Source: Gemmatales bacterium
GTDB lineage: Bacteria; Planctomycetota; Planctomycetia; Gemmatales; HRBIN36
Direction of reading: 5' to 3'
DNA: 64,000 nt
Assembly (NCBI GenBank): GCA_041640595.1
Contig: JBEPZY010000002.1
Span: 38,532 to 102,531 of the forward strand
Both the position numbers and the translations under genes were made by a program. This document shows, piece after piece, positions 31,912-42,031 of this stretch (position 1 is its first letter; each line of letters starts with the position of its first letter). The notes under the pieces were generated by a model. The model was not told the origin of the DNA, made no database searches, and saw only the letters and a list, made by a program, of their open reading frames with translations.

Positions 31912-32064
31912 TGGGGCTAGCGACGGGGTTCGGCCGCGAAACTTTTTATGTGTGATGTGATTCGGATTGCCGGCCTAGAGCTGGCGGTGGGATTCGAACG
32001 TGAAGACTTTATGCCTGCGATGTGATTCGGATTGCCAAACTAGAGCTAGCGGTGGGATTCGAAC
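31912..32064 (-). repeat. Tandem ~65-bp units each carrying a copy of the tRNA-Thr 3' end
   Basis: TAGAGCT(A/G)GCGGTGGGATTCGAAC at 32041 (in the tRNA) and at 31976; degenerate TGGGGCTAGCGACGGGGTTCGGCC at 31912; shared flank ACTTT..ATG..GATGTGATTCGGATTGCC. Confidence 0.8.
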
Positions 32065-32115
32065 CCACAACCTGCGGTTTACAAAACCGCTGCTCTACCG
32101 TTGAGCTACGCTAGC
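32044..32115 (-). tRNA. tRNA-Thr (anticodon UGU), CCA not encoded
   Basis: Reverse complement GCTAGCG-TA-GCTC-AACGGTA-GAGC-A-GCGGT-TTTGTAA-ACCGC-AGGTT-GTGGG-TTCGAAT-CCCAC-CGCTAGC-T folds as a canonical cloverleaf. Confidence 0.97.
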
Positions 32116-32514
32116 GTACCACTGGGCCATAGTTGCCGGGCAAGTTCTGCGTCATGGGTCGCATTATTATAGCCTATCGGAACGGCACGAAACTAGTTTG
32201 AAACCGTGATCGGTGCCCAATTGAGCGGGTCGAGAGCTCATGCGTTGGCGCGGAGCGTGCTTTTGCACTCTCGGCAATGCTGGCCCAGCTTGGGAGCAGC
32301 GTGGAGACCGTTATTCGAGCCGGGGCAGCCTGACGGTAACGGAAAAGGAATACCGCGGGGTCAACCCGACCCGCCGACGAAATAAGCAAACGCGGGTACG
32401 ATTCCGCCCTAGCTTGTGCGTTTCTTGGTGTTCTTGGCACTGGCGGACTGGCCGACGAAGAGCAAACGCGGGTACGGTTCCGCCTCTGCTTCGACTCGTC
32501 GCAGCCGGTGCCGT

Positions 32515-33939
32515 TCAGCGTCGCCACAACAGGAAGAAAATGCAGCTGCCGAGAAAACCGAGCAGCAGGCCAAGGTAGAGGAAAAACAGACGTTCCAGCC
32601 AGCCGAAACGACGAATGACAGCGAAGCCAGAAGACGTCGCGGAAGAATCGCTGGAGGAAGGTGGATCAGATGGAGAGGGCGAACCGGTGGCCTGCGTGGC
32701 TGCGGGATTTGCCGGTGTCTGCGAAAGCGGTACCGCCGACGCTCCCAGGTCGGGATTGGACAACGTTGCCGCCGAGTTTGGCACCAGAAGCCAGCCACTG
32801 CCCAGTTCGGGATTGCTCGGGGTAGCGCGAGGCGGGCCGGTCAGCGTGTCGAGACTGGAATAGCTGCGTGGTCCGGGAATGCCCAAAGGCTCGAGAGCTG
32901 CCAGCAGTTCGGCCGGGGTCTGGAACCGATCTTCCGGCGACTTGGCCAGCAGTTTGTGGATGATTTCCGCCAGGGGCACGGGAATTTCGGGACGCAGTTC
33001 GCGTATCGGTCGCGGTTCTTCGGTCAGGTGTTTGATCAGCTTCTCCATGGCCGTGTCGCCTGGGAATGGCACCCGACCGGTCAAGCCGTAATAGAAGGTG
33101 CAACCGAGACTGTACAGGTCGGAGCGGATGTCCACCTCGTGGAAATCGCGACCCTGTTCCGGGGACATGAAATCGGCGGTACCATAAACCTGACCGGCGC
33201 GGTTCTGGCGAATGACCGACTCAACCATACGCGAGACGCGACCGGAACGGAGATGGGCCAGGCCAAAATCCACAATTTTCAGCAGGTAATCGCCGCTTTT
33301 CCGCAAGTTGGAAGAAGTGGCCGAGGATTTGCTCCGACTTTTGGTCACCAGCAGGTTGGACGGTTTGAGATCGCGGTGAACCAGACCGAGTCCGTGGGCA
33401 TAATCGAGAGCGGAGGCAGCCTGGCGCATCAATTCCACAGCAAGACCGATCGGCAACGGTCCACGTTCCTGCACTAACTCCTGGAGCGATTTGCCCGGCA
33501 CGTATTCCATGGCGAGAAAATGCACCCCGCGACCGCGATTGGCATCGTAAGCCAGCACGATGTTGGGATGCTGCATCTGCGCCAGCACCCGAATTTCCCG
33601 CTCGAACTGCAACAACTGCTCCTTATCGCGAACGGCACTGAGTTTCAGTACCTTGAGAGCCACCAGCCGTCCCATCCCGGTGTGAACGGCCTTGAACACC
33701 GTCCCCATCGCTCCCTGGCCGAGACGATCCAGGATGCGGTATGGCCCCAGCCAGAATCCTTTTGACCGGCCCAGAAGAATCTGTTCCGCCTGGTAAGCAG
33801 TAAGTAAACCTTCGGCAACAAGCGTGCGGGCGAGCAGTATCGGATCCTTTTCTTGCAGCCGATGCTCCAGAGCGTGAATCTGATCCTCAGCCAGCAACTG
33901 ACTGCGGCGGAGATGGTAAAAGAATTGGTCGCGATCCAT
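32515..33939 (-). CDS. Ser/Thr protein kinase with C-terminal membrane anchor
   Basis: LGQGAMGTV, VALK, HPNIV, HRDLKPSN, DFG, GTADFMSPEQ, DLYSLG; hydrophobic C-terminus. Confidence 0.94.
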   Translation of the reverse strand: MDRDQFFYHLRRSQLLAEDQIHALEHRLQEKDPILLARTLVAEGLLTAYQAEQILLGRSKGFWLGPYRILDRLGQGAMGTVFKAVHTGMGRLVALKVLKLSAVRDKEQLLQFEREIRVLAQMQHPNIVLAYDANRGRGVHFLAMEYVPGKSLQELVQERGPLPIGLAVELMRQAASALDYAHGLGLVHRDLKPSNLLVTKSRSKSSATSSNLRKSGDYLLKIVDFGLAHLRSGRVSRMVESVIRQNRAGQVYGTADFMSPEQGRDFHEVDIRSDLYSLGCTFYYGLTGRVPFPGDTAMEKLIKHLTEEPRPIRELRPEIPVPLAEIIHKLLAKSPEDRFQTPAELLAALEPLGIPGPRSYSSLDTLTGPPRATPSNPELGSGWLLVPNSAATLSNPDLGASAVPLSQTPANPAATQATGSPSPSDPPSSSDSSATSSGFAVIRRFGWLERLFFLYLGLLLGFLGSCIFFLLWRR

Positions 33940-34116
33940 GTCGGCTGTTTCCCTGGTGCCGAGCCGCTTGCACCAATTGTTTTTCCGGTGCGATCTGCAC
34001 GGGGATGATTATAGGGAAAGTTCAGGCCTGCTGACAAAGGCGTGTCAGTGACCGGCCTGGTGTGCGCAAGCGAGCCCGCATGGGAATACACGCAGCAAAC
34101 GCTATGCCACTCCCTT

Positions 34117-35022
34117 TCAGGCTGGTCGCTGTAACAGATGCCGCAGCGCCGACTCCAGTTGCGGATAGTCAAACGTGAAGCCCTGCTCCTGGAGTTTGCG
34201 GGGTACAGCGCGGGCACTGCTCAAAAACAATGCGTCGGCCATTTCGCCAAACACCAGACGGGCCATGAAGCCCGGCATGGGAAACAGTGTCGGTCGCCGT
34301 AAGACTCGTCCGAGCGTGCGAGTAAATTCCGCATTGGTCACCGGCTGGGGCGAAACGAAATTAACCGGCCCCTGAACACTCTCCTTTTCCAGGACGAACT
34401 GAAAGGCCCGGACGGCATCGGCGATATGAATCCAGCTCCAGTATTGCTGGCCCGAACCGATACGACCACCCAGGCACAGCAAAAAAGGCAAGCGCATTTT
34501 CGCCAGTGCCCCACCGCGATCACTCAGGACAACTCCAAGCCGACAGCAAACGACACGGATTCCCGCTTCAGCAGCCGCTGCGGTCGCCGATTCCCATTCC
34601 TGACACACCTGGGCCAGAAAATCGTTACCTGGCGGACTGGATTCGGTCAATTCTTCGCTGCCGCGGTTACCGTAGTACCCGATGGCCGAAGCATTCACCA
34701 GCACACGTGGTTTCGGCTGGAGCCTGGCGAGGGTCTGCGCCAGCAAGCGTGTGCTCAGCACGCGGCTATTGCGAATCAGAGCTTTGACTTCCTCGTTCCA
34801 GCGCCGCTCGGCGATACCGTAACCGGCCAGGTTCACCGCGGCATCAATACCTGCCAGTGCCGCGCTATCCAGCTGTTCCCTGTCAGGGTCCCAGAAAATT
34901 TCCCCCGGTCCGACCGGTGGGCGGCGAACCAGACGAATTACCTCATGGCCAGCCGACTGCAACTGTGGAACCAGAGCCGACCCGATTAAACCCGAAGAAC
35001 CGCTCACCAGCACCCGTGCCAT
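34117..35022 (-). CDS. TIGR01777-type NAD-dependent epimerase/oxidoreductase (YfcH-like)
   Basis: SGSSGLIG, VNLAG, SAIGYYG, FLAQVCQEWE, GSGQQYWSWIH, GPVN, P..L..GF.F.YP. Confidence 0.92.
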   Translation of the reverse strand: MARVLVSGSSGLIGSALVPQLQSAGHEVIRLVRRPPVGPGEIFWDPDREQLDSAALAGIDAAVNLAGYGIAERRWNEEVKALIRNSRVLSTRLLAQTLARLQPKPRVLVNASAIGYYGNRGSEELTESSPPGNDFLAQVCQEWESATAAAAEAGIRVVCCRLGVVLSDRGGALAKMRLPFLLCLGGRIGSGQQYWSWIHIADAVRAFQFVLEKESVQGPVNFVSPQPVTNAEFTRTLGRVLRRPTLFPMPGFMARLVFGEMADALFLSSARAVPRKLQEQGFTFDYPQLESALRHLLQRPA

Positions 35023-35343
35023 GGTGATTTCTCCTATCCATGATGTGGCGATTCATTGAACTATTATACGGCACGCCCCACACAGAGATTGGCCGGGATG
35101 TTTCTCTCGCCGATGCGGTGTTGCGTGAGCCGGTGTTGCTTGCCAGGCCTATCGCCTGGTGTTCGCTGGATACATTACCGCTGGCCAATGCTTCCACCGA
35201 GCCTGGATTGTTTCAAGCCAGCGACAGTAAACAACCATGCACGCCGGGCAAGCCAGGGTCGTTCGCTGTTCGGTTTGCATTGCCGGATGCGGCATGATCA
35301 GGGAGACTGGTCAGCGTTGAGTGTGGGGCATAAGATCGCGGCA

Positions 35344-35707
35344 GCCGACAGGTGCCTGACGTGGTGCCAGTCCATCGCCGGGCAAGAGACGGCAGGTGTC
35401 AGTTCACCGACAATGCTGCGAGGAATGCGTCAGCCTGCCGGGATGCTCGGCATCTTGCCGCGGTGATCGGCTGAGCGCTGCGTCGGGAGAATAGGGAAGT
35501 ACGGTGCGAATCCGTCGCGGGGCCGCCGCTGTGTTCGGCCAGGCTCCACGGCTGGGGTAGCCCGAACGGGACTATCCGGCCACTGCGGTCTGTGCGTGGC
35601 GAACCAGTCTCCGCATCGGCAGGAGGCATTCGCCATGGACACGTTTGCCGTGGGAAGGCTGTCGTGGGGCCGCTATGAGCCGTCAGCCAGAAGACCTGCC
35701 TGTCGGC
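35344..35707 (+). ncRNA. Cobalamin (AdoCbl-type) riboswitch aptamer with extended P2
   Basis: P1 GCCGACAGG (35344-35352) pairs with CCTGTCGGC (35699-35707); AATAGGGAA; ACGG-TGCGAAT-CCGT; P5 GCGG-GGCCG-CCGC; GCCACTG; GGGAAG; B12 box GCCAGAAGACCTGCC. Confidence 0.92.
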
Positions 35708-35746
35708 GTCGGCAATCCACGGTGGGGAATGTCTCCGCTGTGGGGA

Positions 35747-35870
35747 GGATGCTTCGGCCCTCAAGCATCCGGCGGACGCGCGACTTTCTGCCAAACCCGG
35801 GCCGCGTCGGCGCCTCGGGGGCCGAAGCAGTATGCTTCCTGAAGCCCGGCCCGGCAGAAAGGAGCGTGTC
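35747..35870 (+). promoter_or_regulatory. Riboswitch expression platform (P13, anti-SD and alternative helix)
   Basis: P13 GGATGCTT-CGGCCCTC-AAGCATCC (35747-35770). Anti-SD GACGCGC..CTTTCTGCC (35775-35792) pairs with GGCAGAAAG-GA-GCGTGTC (35853-35870), covering AGGAG. A competing 11-bp helix forms between 35750-35760 and 35819-35829. Confidence 0.8.
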
Positions 35871-36797
35871 ATGCTGCACTGCTTCCTGTGCTCCCACTGC
35901 GCTTCTGTCCTACGCACGTCACAAGTGGACGTGGATTATGCTCGCCGGCTCGTCAAGCGGTCAACGGATCGCGTCCCGGCAACGTGTTCCCACCGGTTGT
36001 TCAGGTGGCGGAGCGGTTTTACGCTGGTGGAGCTGCTGGTGGTGATTGCCATCATTGGGCTGTTGATGGCCCTGTTGCTCCCGGCGATACAACGGGCCCG
36101 CGAAGCTGCCAACCGTGCCCGCTGTGCCAACAACCTCCGTCAGCTGCTCATCGCCGCCCATAACTACGCCACCGCGAACAGCGACGTCCTGCCGCCCGGA
36201 CTGATCAGCGACACCAGCGGCAATACCTACTGGTTCGGCAAAACGTTACCGGGTTCGCCTCTGGGTACGGTGGATGTGACCCAGGGCTGGCTCACCCCGT
36301 ATTACGAACGCAATCGGCAGGTCACCATGTGCCCGAATTTTCCCAGGGATCGCGTGGTGCTCAAGTACGAAGGAGGCACGGGTGGCTACGGTTACAACTA
36401 CAAATACCTGGCTCCAATCAGCTGGGCGAATCAGAGCGGCACCTGGATCACGCAGTGGACGCCGATCACCCTCGGCCAGGTTCAGGCCACCAGCCGCACC
36501 ATTGCCTTCACCGACAGCCTTGGCACCGACACGTTCTCGGCTGGGACGCCCAGCAATCCAGCGCTGATTGAAGTGCCGCTTATTGAACCGCCCAGCGGAC
36601 GTTATCCGACGGTGCATTTTCGGCATGGCGGCGGACGGGTGGCGAATGTGGCGTTCCTGGACGGCCACGTGGAAGGATTTTCCCCAGGCACCCGCAATCC
36701 CGCCGCACCGTGGGACCCACCGTCGCTTACCGCTTTCCGCGACCAGTGGAGCATCTTCGACATCGGCACCAACGACGAACTCTGGGACCGCGAATAA
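35871..36797 (+). CDS. DUF1559 prepilin-type N-terminal cleavage/methylation domain protein
   Basis: [45 protein letters not shown]-terminal [17 protein letters not shown] (H-X9-DG-type motif); AGGAG upstream of ATG 35871. Confidence 0.94.
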   Translation: MLHCFLCSHCASVLRTSQVDVDYARRLVKRSTDRVPATCSHRLFRWRSGFTLVELLVVIAIIGLLMALLLPAIQRAREAANRARCANNLRQLLIAAHNYATANSDVLPPGLISDTSGNTYWFGKTLPGSPLGTVDVTQGWLTPYYERNRQVTMCPNFPRDRVVLKYEGGTGGYGYNYKYLAPISWANQSGTWITQWTPITLGQVQATSRTIAFTDSLGTDTFSAGTPSNPALIEVPLIEPPSGRYPTVHFRHGGGRVANVAFLDGHVEGFSPGTRNPAAPWDPPSLTAFRDQWSIFDIGTNDELWDRE

Positions 36798-36861
36798 AAC
36801 CGCGATAACTCGCATACGCTGGCACCGTAACCACTGGAAACCCGCCGGCGTTTCCGGGTAG

Positions 36862-37403
36862 TGCGGCGGGCTCACGCCCCGCGACAACTTCTTCAAATTG
36901 GAAGTAAACGACACTCTGCCAAGTCCTGTTTCCCAATCCCACGGCGGGCTGACGCCCGCCGCTCTTGTGAATGTGCGTTCGCATATCGCAAAATCGCCGT
37001 TTCTCCGGCGAGCGGACACCATGCACCAAGAGCGGTCGGCGTAAGCCGACCGTGGAGCCCCAGCGACTCAGTTCACAAAAACCACCTGCATCTGCAAGTG
37101 CGTTACCGAACCACGGCGGGCTCACGCCCGCCGCTCTTGTGAATGTGCGTTCGCATATCGCAAAATCGCCGTTTCTCCGGCGAGCGGACACCATGCACCA
37201 AGAGCGGTCGGCGTAAGCCGACCGTGGAGCCCCAGCGACTCAGTTCACAAAAACCACCTGCATCTGCAAGTGCGTTACCGAACCACGGCGGGCTCACGCC
37301 CGCCGCTCCTGATTGTGGCGGCGACAGTTGCCGAACATTACGCAATTCTTCTCGCACACCGTGCGTAATGCGAACCACGGCGGGCTGACGCCCGCCGCTC
37401 TTG
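36862..37403. repeat. REP/BIME-like mosaic array 5
   Basis: Same hairpin family, including the stem variant CGGTCGGC-GTAA-GCCGACCG; near-exact ~172-bp tandem duplication at about 36939-37110 and 37111-37282. Confidence 0.9.
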
Positions 37404-37525
37404 ATCCTCGGAGTGATGTCGCTTCACCGACTGGCTCGGAATAGCGGCCGGAAGTGCGACTACTGATTCACGGCTAACGCTTGGGGCGAACGCTCGCGCT
37501 TGCTGATGGAACGACGCTGGCGACG

Positions 37526-38626
37526 CTAAACCTGGTACACGCTTTGCCAGGCGTGGCCGCGATGTCCGAACCCCAGCCGATCCGGATGCAGCATCTCCGC
37601 CAGAATTTCGACGGACTCGGCCAGACGTGGGCCGGGACGGTTGAAGTACTGGTTGCCGTCCGCGACAAAGACCTGGCGATGCCGCACTGCGTAGAGGTGC
37701 TGCCAGCCAGGCAATCGCTCCAGAACATGGATTTCCTGCAAGCTGCGCTGCATGTCCCAGCCGCACGGTATCAGGATGATGACTTCCGGATCGGCCTGGA
37801 CTAAATCCTGGTAACGAAGATAGGCCGAAGGTTTGCCGGCTTCGTCAAGAACAGGCACGCCACCGGCCAGGTGAACTAATTCCGGCATCCAGTTGCCCGC
37901 ACCCATAAGCGGATCAAGCCATTCCAGGCAGATGACAGTGGGACGATGGGCGTTCCTGGGCAAGACCAGGTTCACCTGCTGCATACGTTGCTTCAGGCGG
38001 GCGACAAGTTGCTCGGCTTTCTCGCTCGCGCCCAGGGCATTGCCGATGTCGAGCATTCCCTGCCAGACGTCAGCCAGAGAATGCGGCTTGAGGGCAACGA
38101 TGGTCGGTGGGCCGGAAGGTAGTTCCTCGGTGTCCTGCACGGCGAGGCGCTCAGTTGGGAAGTGGCCGGCACCCTGATGCGTTGCTCCATCCGTTGCTGC
38201 GGCATTCGGGGTGGATTCGGGACTGGCGGAATCCGCAAAACTCGCCGCTATTTCGTTCCCATCCGAAACCGGAGCCGGCATGTTCCACGTACAAATGGCC
38301 TGTTCTACATCGCGGAGACTGACGGCGCAGACCTCGCAATGATCCTGGGTAACGATCACTGTCGGGCGGAGCAGCCGCAGCAGTTCGGCATTGATCCAGT
38401 AAACCGGTTCGCCACGCCGGACTACCTCGCGTACCTGTTCGTCAATGGCACGACTGTTTCCGGAAACGTCAATGCGTGGCCCGGTCAGTACGGGCAGGCG
38501 TTCGACTTCCGGGGGATAATCGCACTCATGCGATCGGCCCACCAGAAACCGGCCCATACCCAGGGCGTAGATGGTTTCGGTAGCGCTGGCCAGTAACGAG
38601 ACGATTCGCGGCTGCATGTTTGGCAT
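37526..38626 (-). CDS. BtuF-like cobalamin/Fe-siderophore substrate-binding family protein
   Basis: RIVSLLASATE..ALG..LVGRSHECDYP, TQDHCEVCAV, LEWLDPLMGAGNWMPE, DGNQYFNRPGPRL; no obvious signal peptide. Confidence 0.85.
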   Translation of the reverse strand: MPNMQPRIVSLLASATETIYALGMGRFLVGRSHECDYPPEVERLPVLTGPRIDVSGNSRAIDEQVREVVRRGEPVYWINAELLRLLRPTVIVTQDHCEVCAVSLRDVEQAICTWNMPAPVSDGNEIAASFADSASPESTPNAAATDGATHQGAGHFPTERLAVQDTEELPSGPPTIVALKPHSLADVWQGMLDIGNALGASEKAEQLVARLKQRMQQVNLVLPRNAHRPTVICLEWLDPLMGAGNWMPELVHLAGGVPVLDEAGKPSAYLRYQDLVQADPEVIILIPCGWDMQRSLQEIHVLERLPGWQHLYAVRHRQVFVADGNQYFNRPGPRLAESVEILAEMLHPDRLGFGHRGHAWQSVYQV

Positions 38627-38727
38627 CCCGGCAGTGAGGCGACAGGCGAACCAGGATCGCTGCTGTCGCAGCCATTGCCTGCTGCATGATCGGTCGGCGA
38701 CGTGGATGGCAACAGGGCGCGGTTATT

Positions 38728-40461
38728 CTATTTCTGCCTGAGCAACTGCAGAGCCTGGGTTCGGGCAATTTCCAGAACAGCGTTGTCGAGGGCTTGTTGC
38801 ACGGCTGGGTCGTCCATCATTCCGGCCGGGTCGCCACCGTTGGGCAATTGCGGTTTGATCAGCACATCGGGCTGGATACCACGGCCGCTCACGGTTTCGC
38901 CGTTAGGCAACAACCAGCGGGCCGCCGTCATGCGAGTGCCGCCTGCCTGTCCCCGCGCCAGCTCCAGCACATACTGCACTTCCGCTTTGCCCCGGGTCGG
39001 TTGACCGGCGACCAGTGCCTGAATGTGTCCCAGTCGGGCATGCGCTTGCAGAGCTCCCGCCAGCATCTCGGCTGCGCTGGCCGTCTTTTCATCTACCAGC
39101 ACGACCACCGGCAACAGCCAGTCGTCGCCCCGCTGTGCCAGATAATGATGATTCCACTCCGGAATGCGGCTTTGCACCACCGCCAGCGTCCCTGCAGGGA
39201 TAAAGCGATCGGCAACCTGAAGAGCAGCCGTGACCAGTCCCCCGCGATTGCCCCGCAAGTCCAGCACCAGCGCACGCATTCCCTGACTGCTCAAATCCTG
39301 CAAAGCGCGATCAAACTCCCGCACCGTTCGTGTCTGGAACAACTCGACCCGAATGTACCCGACCCCTTCCATGCTATCGAGCATACTCCGCCGCACGGTT
39401 ACCGTATCCGCTGGCGTCTGGCGCGTCAGCAGGAATTCCCGCGTTTCACCTTCCTCGGTCTGAACCGTAACCGCGACCCGCGTCCCTTTGCGCCCCAGTA
39501 AACGTAACCAGACCCCTTCCAGACTCTCCTGGTCCACGGATTCGCTCTGAATAGCCAGGAGTCGGCTGCCGACACGCAGACCCTGTCGCGCAGCATCACT
39601 GTCCGGGGCGACACCGAGGATAATAATCCCGTCGTCAGTGGCAGTAATATCCAGGCCAGGCGTAGCTGTGTGCGGATCGGCGAGCAATTTCTCCAGCAAC
39701 ACAGCGGTCGGCGTCAGGTATTCGCCATACGCATCCAGAGCTTCGCAGCCGGCGGCGAGACATTCCCACACGGTCAACACCGGCCGCATTTGTTCCCGCA
39801 ACTGCATCCGTCGCGCCTGCCGACGCAGTTCGTGTAACAGTTCTGCCTTGTTTGACGGCTGCACCGTTGCCAGCTCGGCAAACCATTCCCGAAGCCGTTG
39901 CCTCCGTTCAGCTGTGGGTGCCCTGTCGAACGCCAGCTCGGCAAAGGCCGGGTTGTCCAGGGCCCAGTTCAGGTGTTCCCAACCGCGCCGCCAGATGGCC
40001 GCCAGCGTTAGCTCGCCGACAAAAACGTGCTCGGCATAATCCACAAACTCACTGTAAACGGCCAGCGCTTCGTCGAAATCCAGCTTAGCCAGCCAGGCTC
40101 GCAGCTGGCGATCCTGGTAGCGCTGGCGAATCCGCTCCTGGGTCAGGCACCGCCGCAACGCTTCCCGCCAGGCGGTTTGATCCGGCTCCCGTTCAAGCAA
40201 CCGGGCATAAATGGCGGCGGCAGTGAGCCAGCGGTGCGCCTGTTCGTGTTGTTCGGCCTGAGCGAGCAACTCCGGGGCATCGGTTACCGGGGCCGTCTGC
40301 GCCAGCGTCTCGCTTGTGATAAACACCAGTGCCAGCACGAAACCGCTGGCCAGCCACAAGCATTTCCGTCTGTTCCGTTGTGCCCGGTCAACGACCACGC
40401 CCATCCCCGTTTTTACCCGCAGGCCGACCTGCATAATCGCACTCCTGAGATTACTCCCCAA
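38728..40461 (-). CDS. S41A carboxy-terminal processing peptidase with PDZ domain
   Basis: GYIRVELF, LVLDLRGNRGG, catalytic TASAAEMLAGALQ, GQPTRGK, GRGIQPD; signal/TM segment. The true start is probably downstream of 40461. Confidence 0.88.
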   Translation of the reverse strand: MGSNLRSAIMQVGLRVKTGMGVVVDRAQRNRRKCLWLASGFVLALVFITSETLAQTAPVTDAPELLAQAEQHEQAHRWLTAAAIYARLLEREPDQTAWREALRRCLTQERIRQRYQDRQLRAWLAKLDFDEALAVYSEFVDYAEHVFVGELTLAAIWRRGWEHLNWALDNPAFAELAFDRAPTAERRQRLREWFAELATVQPSNKAELLHELRRQARRMQLREQMRPVLTVWECLAAGCEALDAYGEYLTPTAVLLEKLLADPHTATPGLDITATDDGIIILGVAPDSDAARQGLRVGSRLLAIQSESVDQESLEGVWLRLLGRKGTRVAVTVQTEEGETREFLLTRQTPADTVTVRRSMLDSMEGVGYIRVELFQTRTVREFDRALQDLSSQGMRALVLDLRGNRGGLVTAALQVADRFIPAGTLAVVQSRIPEWNHHYLAQRGDDWLLPVVVLVDEKTASAAEMLAGALQAHARLGHIQALVAGQPTRGKAEVQYVLELARGQAGGTRMTAARWLLPNGETVSGRGIQPDVLIKPQLPNGGDPAGMMDDPAVQQALDNAVLEIARTQALQLLRQK

Positions 40462-40650
40462 TTACGACGAACCGCAAGCCCATACGGCCTGCGCTCTTCA
40501 CGAAAATCGGCCAGCACTTTTCCGTATATGTTCCAATTACATCAGCGTCCAGCGGCACTGTCAACCTCGCTGGTCGAGCCTGAGCATTCCGCGATCCCGG
40601 CTGCGGATTCGCGCGAGTAGCCCGCCGTCTGCGCTCATCGCTTTGCTGGA

Positions 40651-41613
40651 TCATTCGGCGGGCACGGGCGTGTATTCGAGACGATAGCGCCAGGGACGCT
40701 GGGCCGATCGAAGCTCCGGTGTCGGACGGGCGGCGAATTGTTTCCACAGTTCTTCCGCACGTTGCCGCTGGACATCGCCGCGATGCACATGGAAACCGTA
40801 CCGCAAGGTCAGTGTCTCACCCTTGCGGAGCAGGTAAGCCTGGCGGAGATTGAAAGCAGCGCTCATCCAGCCATCGTCGCGGACATGCCAGCTGGTCGGA
40901 TGACCGGGATTGTCGCGATGGTCAAACCAGGTGATGCCTTCCCAATGCTCGGGGCTACGATCGGCTGCGCCCGATGCGCCCGCACTCGGGCCACTGTAAT
41001 CCGTCCAGCGTGCCGGTTTGGCGAAAATCTGGGCCTCGCCGATGCCCCCTTCGCTGTTGCTAAGACGACCGCCACCGTAATGGGCGGAGATACTCCGGGC
41101 CACACGCAGTCCGGCAAAACCGAAGTTGGTTTGTCCCAGCCGAAGCTCGGCCAGCGGCGTCGTGAATTGCAAACACCATTCGAGCCACAATTCCTCCTGC
41201 GGCAGTGGTTGCACGATGAGATAGAAATCCTGTTGCACCAGCAACGTGTTGTGGGCGTCGAACCAGCCGAGCCGAACCGCCATACCGCCGTAGCTTTCCC
41301 CGTCTTGATAATGCAACCATTGCATCTGGCGGATTTGCTGGCGATTGGTCGGTCGCTCTTCCCAGAAATTGATCCCGGCCACATCGCGGTGGCCGAACCA
41401 CCAGGAGCGATGGTGCTCGTGGTTGGAATCGGCAGGATGACCCATCCGCGTCAGCATTCGCCCGGACGGGCCGATCACCGGCCAGAAAAACGGCCGCGGA
41501 TGCCGGGCACCGTAGTGCCAGCGTAATCGTTCCTTTCCGGCCACGCAGAAGGAGACCTGTTCGTCGGGAGCGGGCACGACTTCGACCGGCAAGCTCGGTT
41601 TGCCTGCGGACAT
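40651..41613 (-). CDS. DUF6807 ('PmoA family' label) beta-sandwich protein of unknown function
   Basis: RPFFWPV.GPSG..LTR, HEHHRSWWFGH, NFWEE, FGFAGLRVA, ARWTDYSG, WHVRDDGWM; start at ATG 41613 after AGGAG. Confidence 0.78.
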   Translation of the reverse strand: MSAGKPSLPVEVVPAPDEQVSFCVAGKERLRWHYGARHPRPFFWPVIGPSGRMLTRMGHPADSNHEHHRSWWFGHRDVAGINFWEERPTNRQQIRQMQWLHYQDGESYGGMAVRLGWFDAHNTLLVQQDFYLIVQPLPQEELWLEWCLQFTTPLAELRLGQTNFGFAGLRVARSISAHYGGGRLSNSEGGIGEAQIFAKPARWTDYSGPSAGASGAADRSPEHWEGITWFDHRDNPGHPTSWHVRDDGWMSAAFNLRQAYLLRKGETLTLRYGFHVHRGDVQRQRAEELWKQFAARPTPELRSAQRPWRYRLEYTPVPAE

Positions 41614-42031
41614 GGCTGACTCCTTGGTGAGTCTGGCGACGCTCTGCCCAAACCATATCCCGCCACCCAGCGCCCGGCCAGCATTCCCGCTCAGAGAGTG
41701 GGAACGCGCTTGCTCTGTCGAAAACATAGTTGCGTGTGGGCGCAAACTAACGGCGAACGGCGTAAGCCACCACCCGCAGAGCCACTTCATTGTTCAACGT
41801 CCTCTCCCGCCACGTCCTCAACTGTGGCTGACAGTGTAGCGCCTGGCTACCAAGTTAACTCTACCGCCGCGCCGTCCACCGCGACTCAGTGCTACGCTCC
41901 AACCCACTGATGAACGATTCCACGTGCCAAAACCATTTCACTACCAACCTCGTCCTTAACTAAGTAAGATGGCGCCGCGAACCTTTCCGAGTGGCCCCAT
42001 TGGGCCGACAATTCAAGTAAGGAGAGCAGCT

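Noticed and set aside
31976..31999. attR of an integrated prophage or island at tRNA-Thr
   Set aside because: The duplicate lies only 65 bp from the tRNA with no cargo or integrase between; kept only as a possible scar.
40651..41613. Methane monooxygenase subunit PmoA
   Set aside because: The protein is soluble and beta-rich with no multi-TM profile and no pmoC/pmoB neighbours; the family label does not imply methanotrophy.
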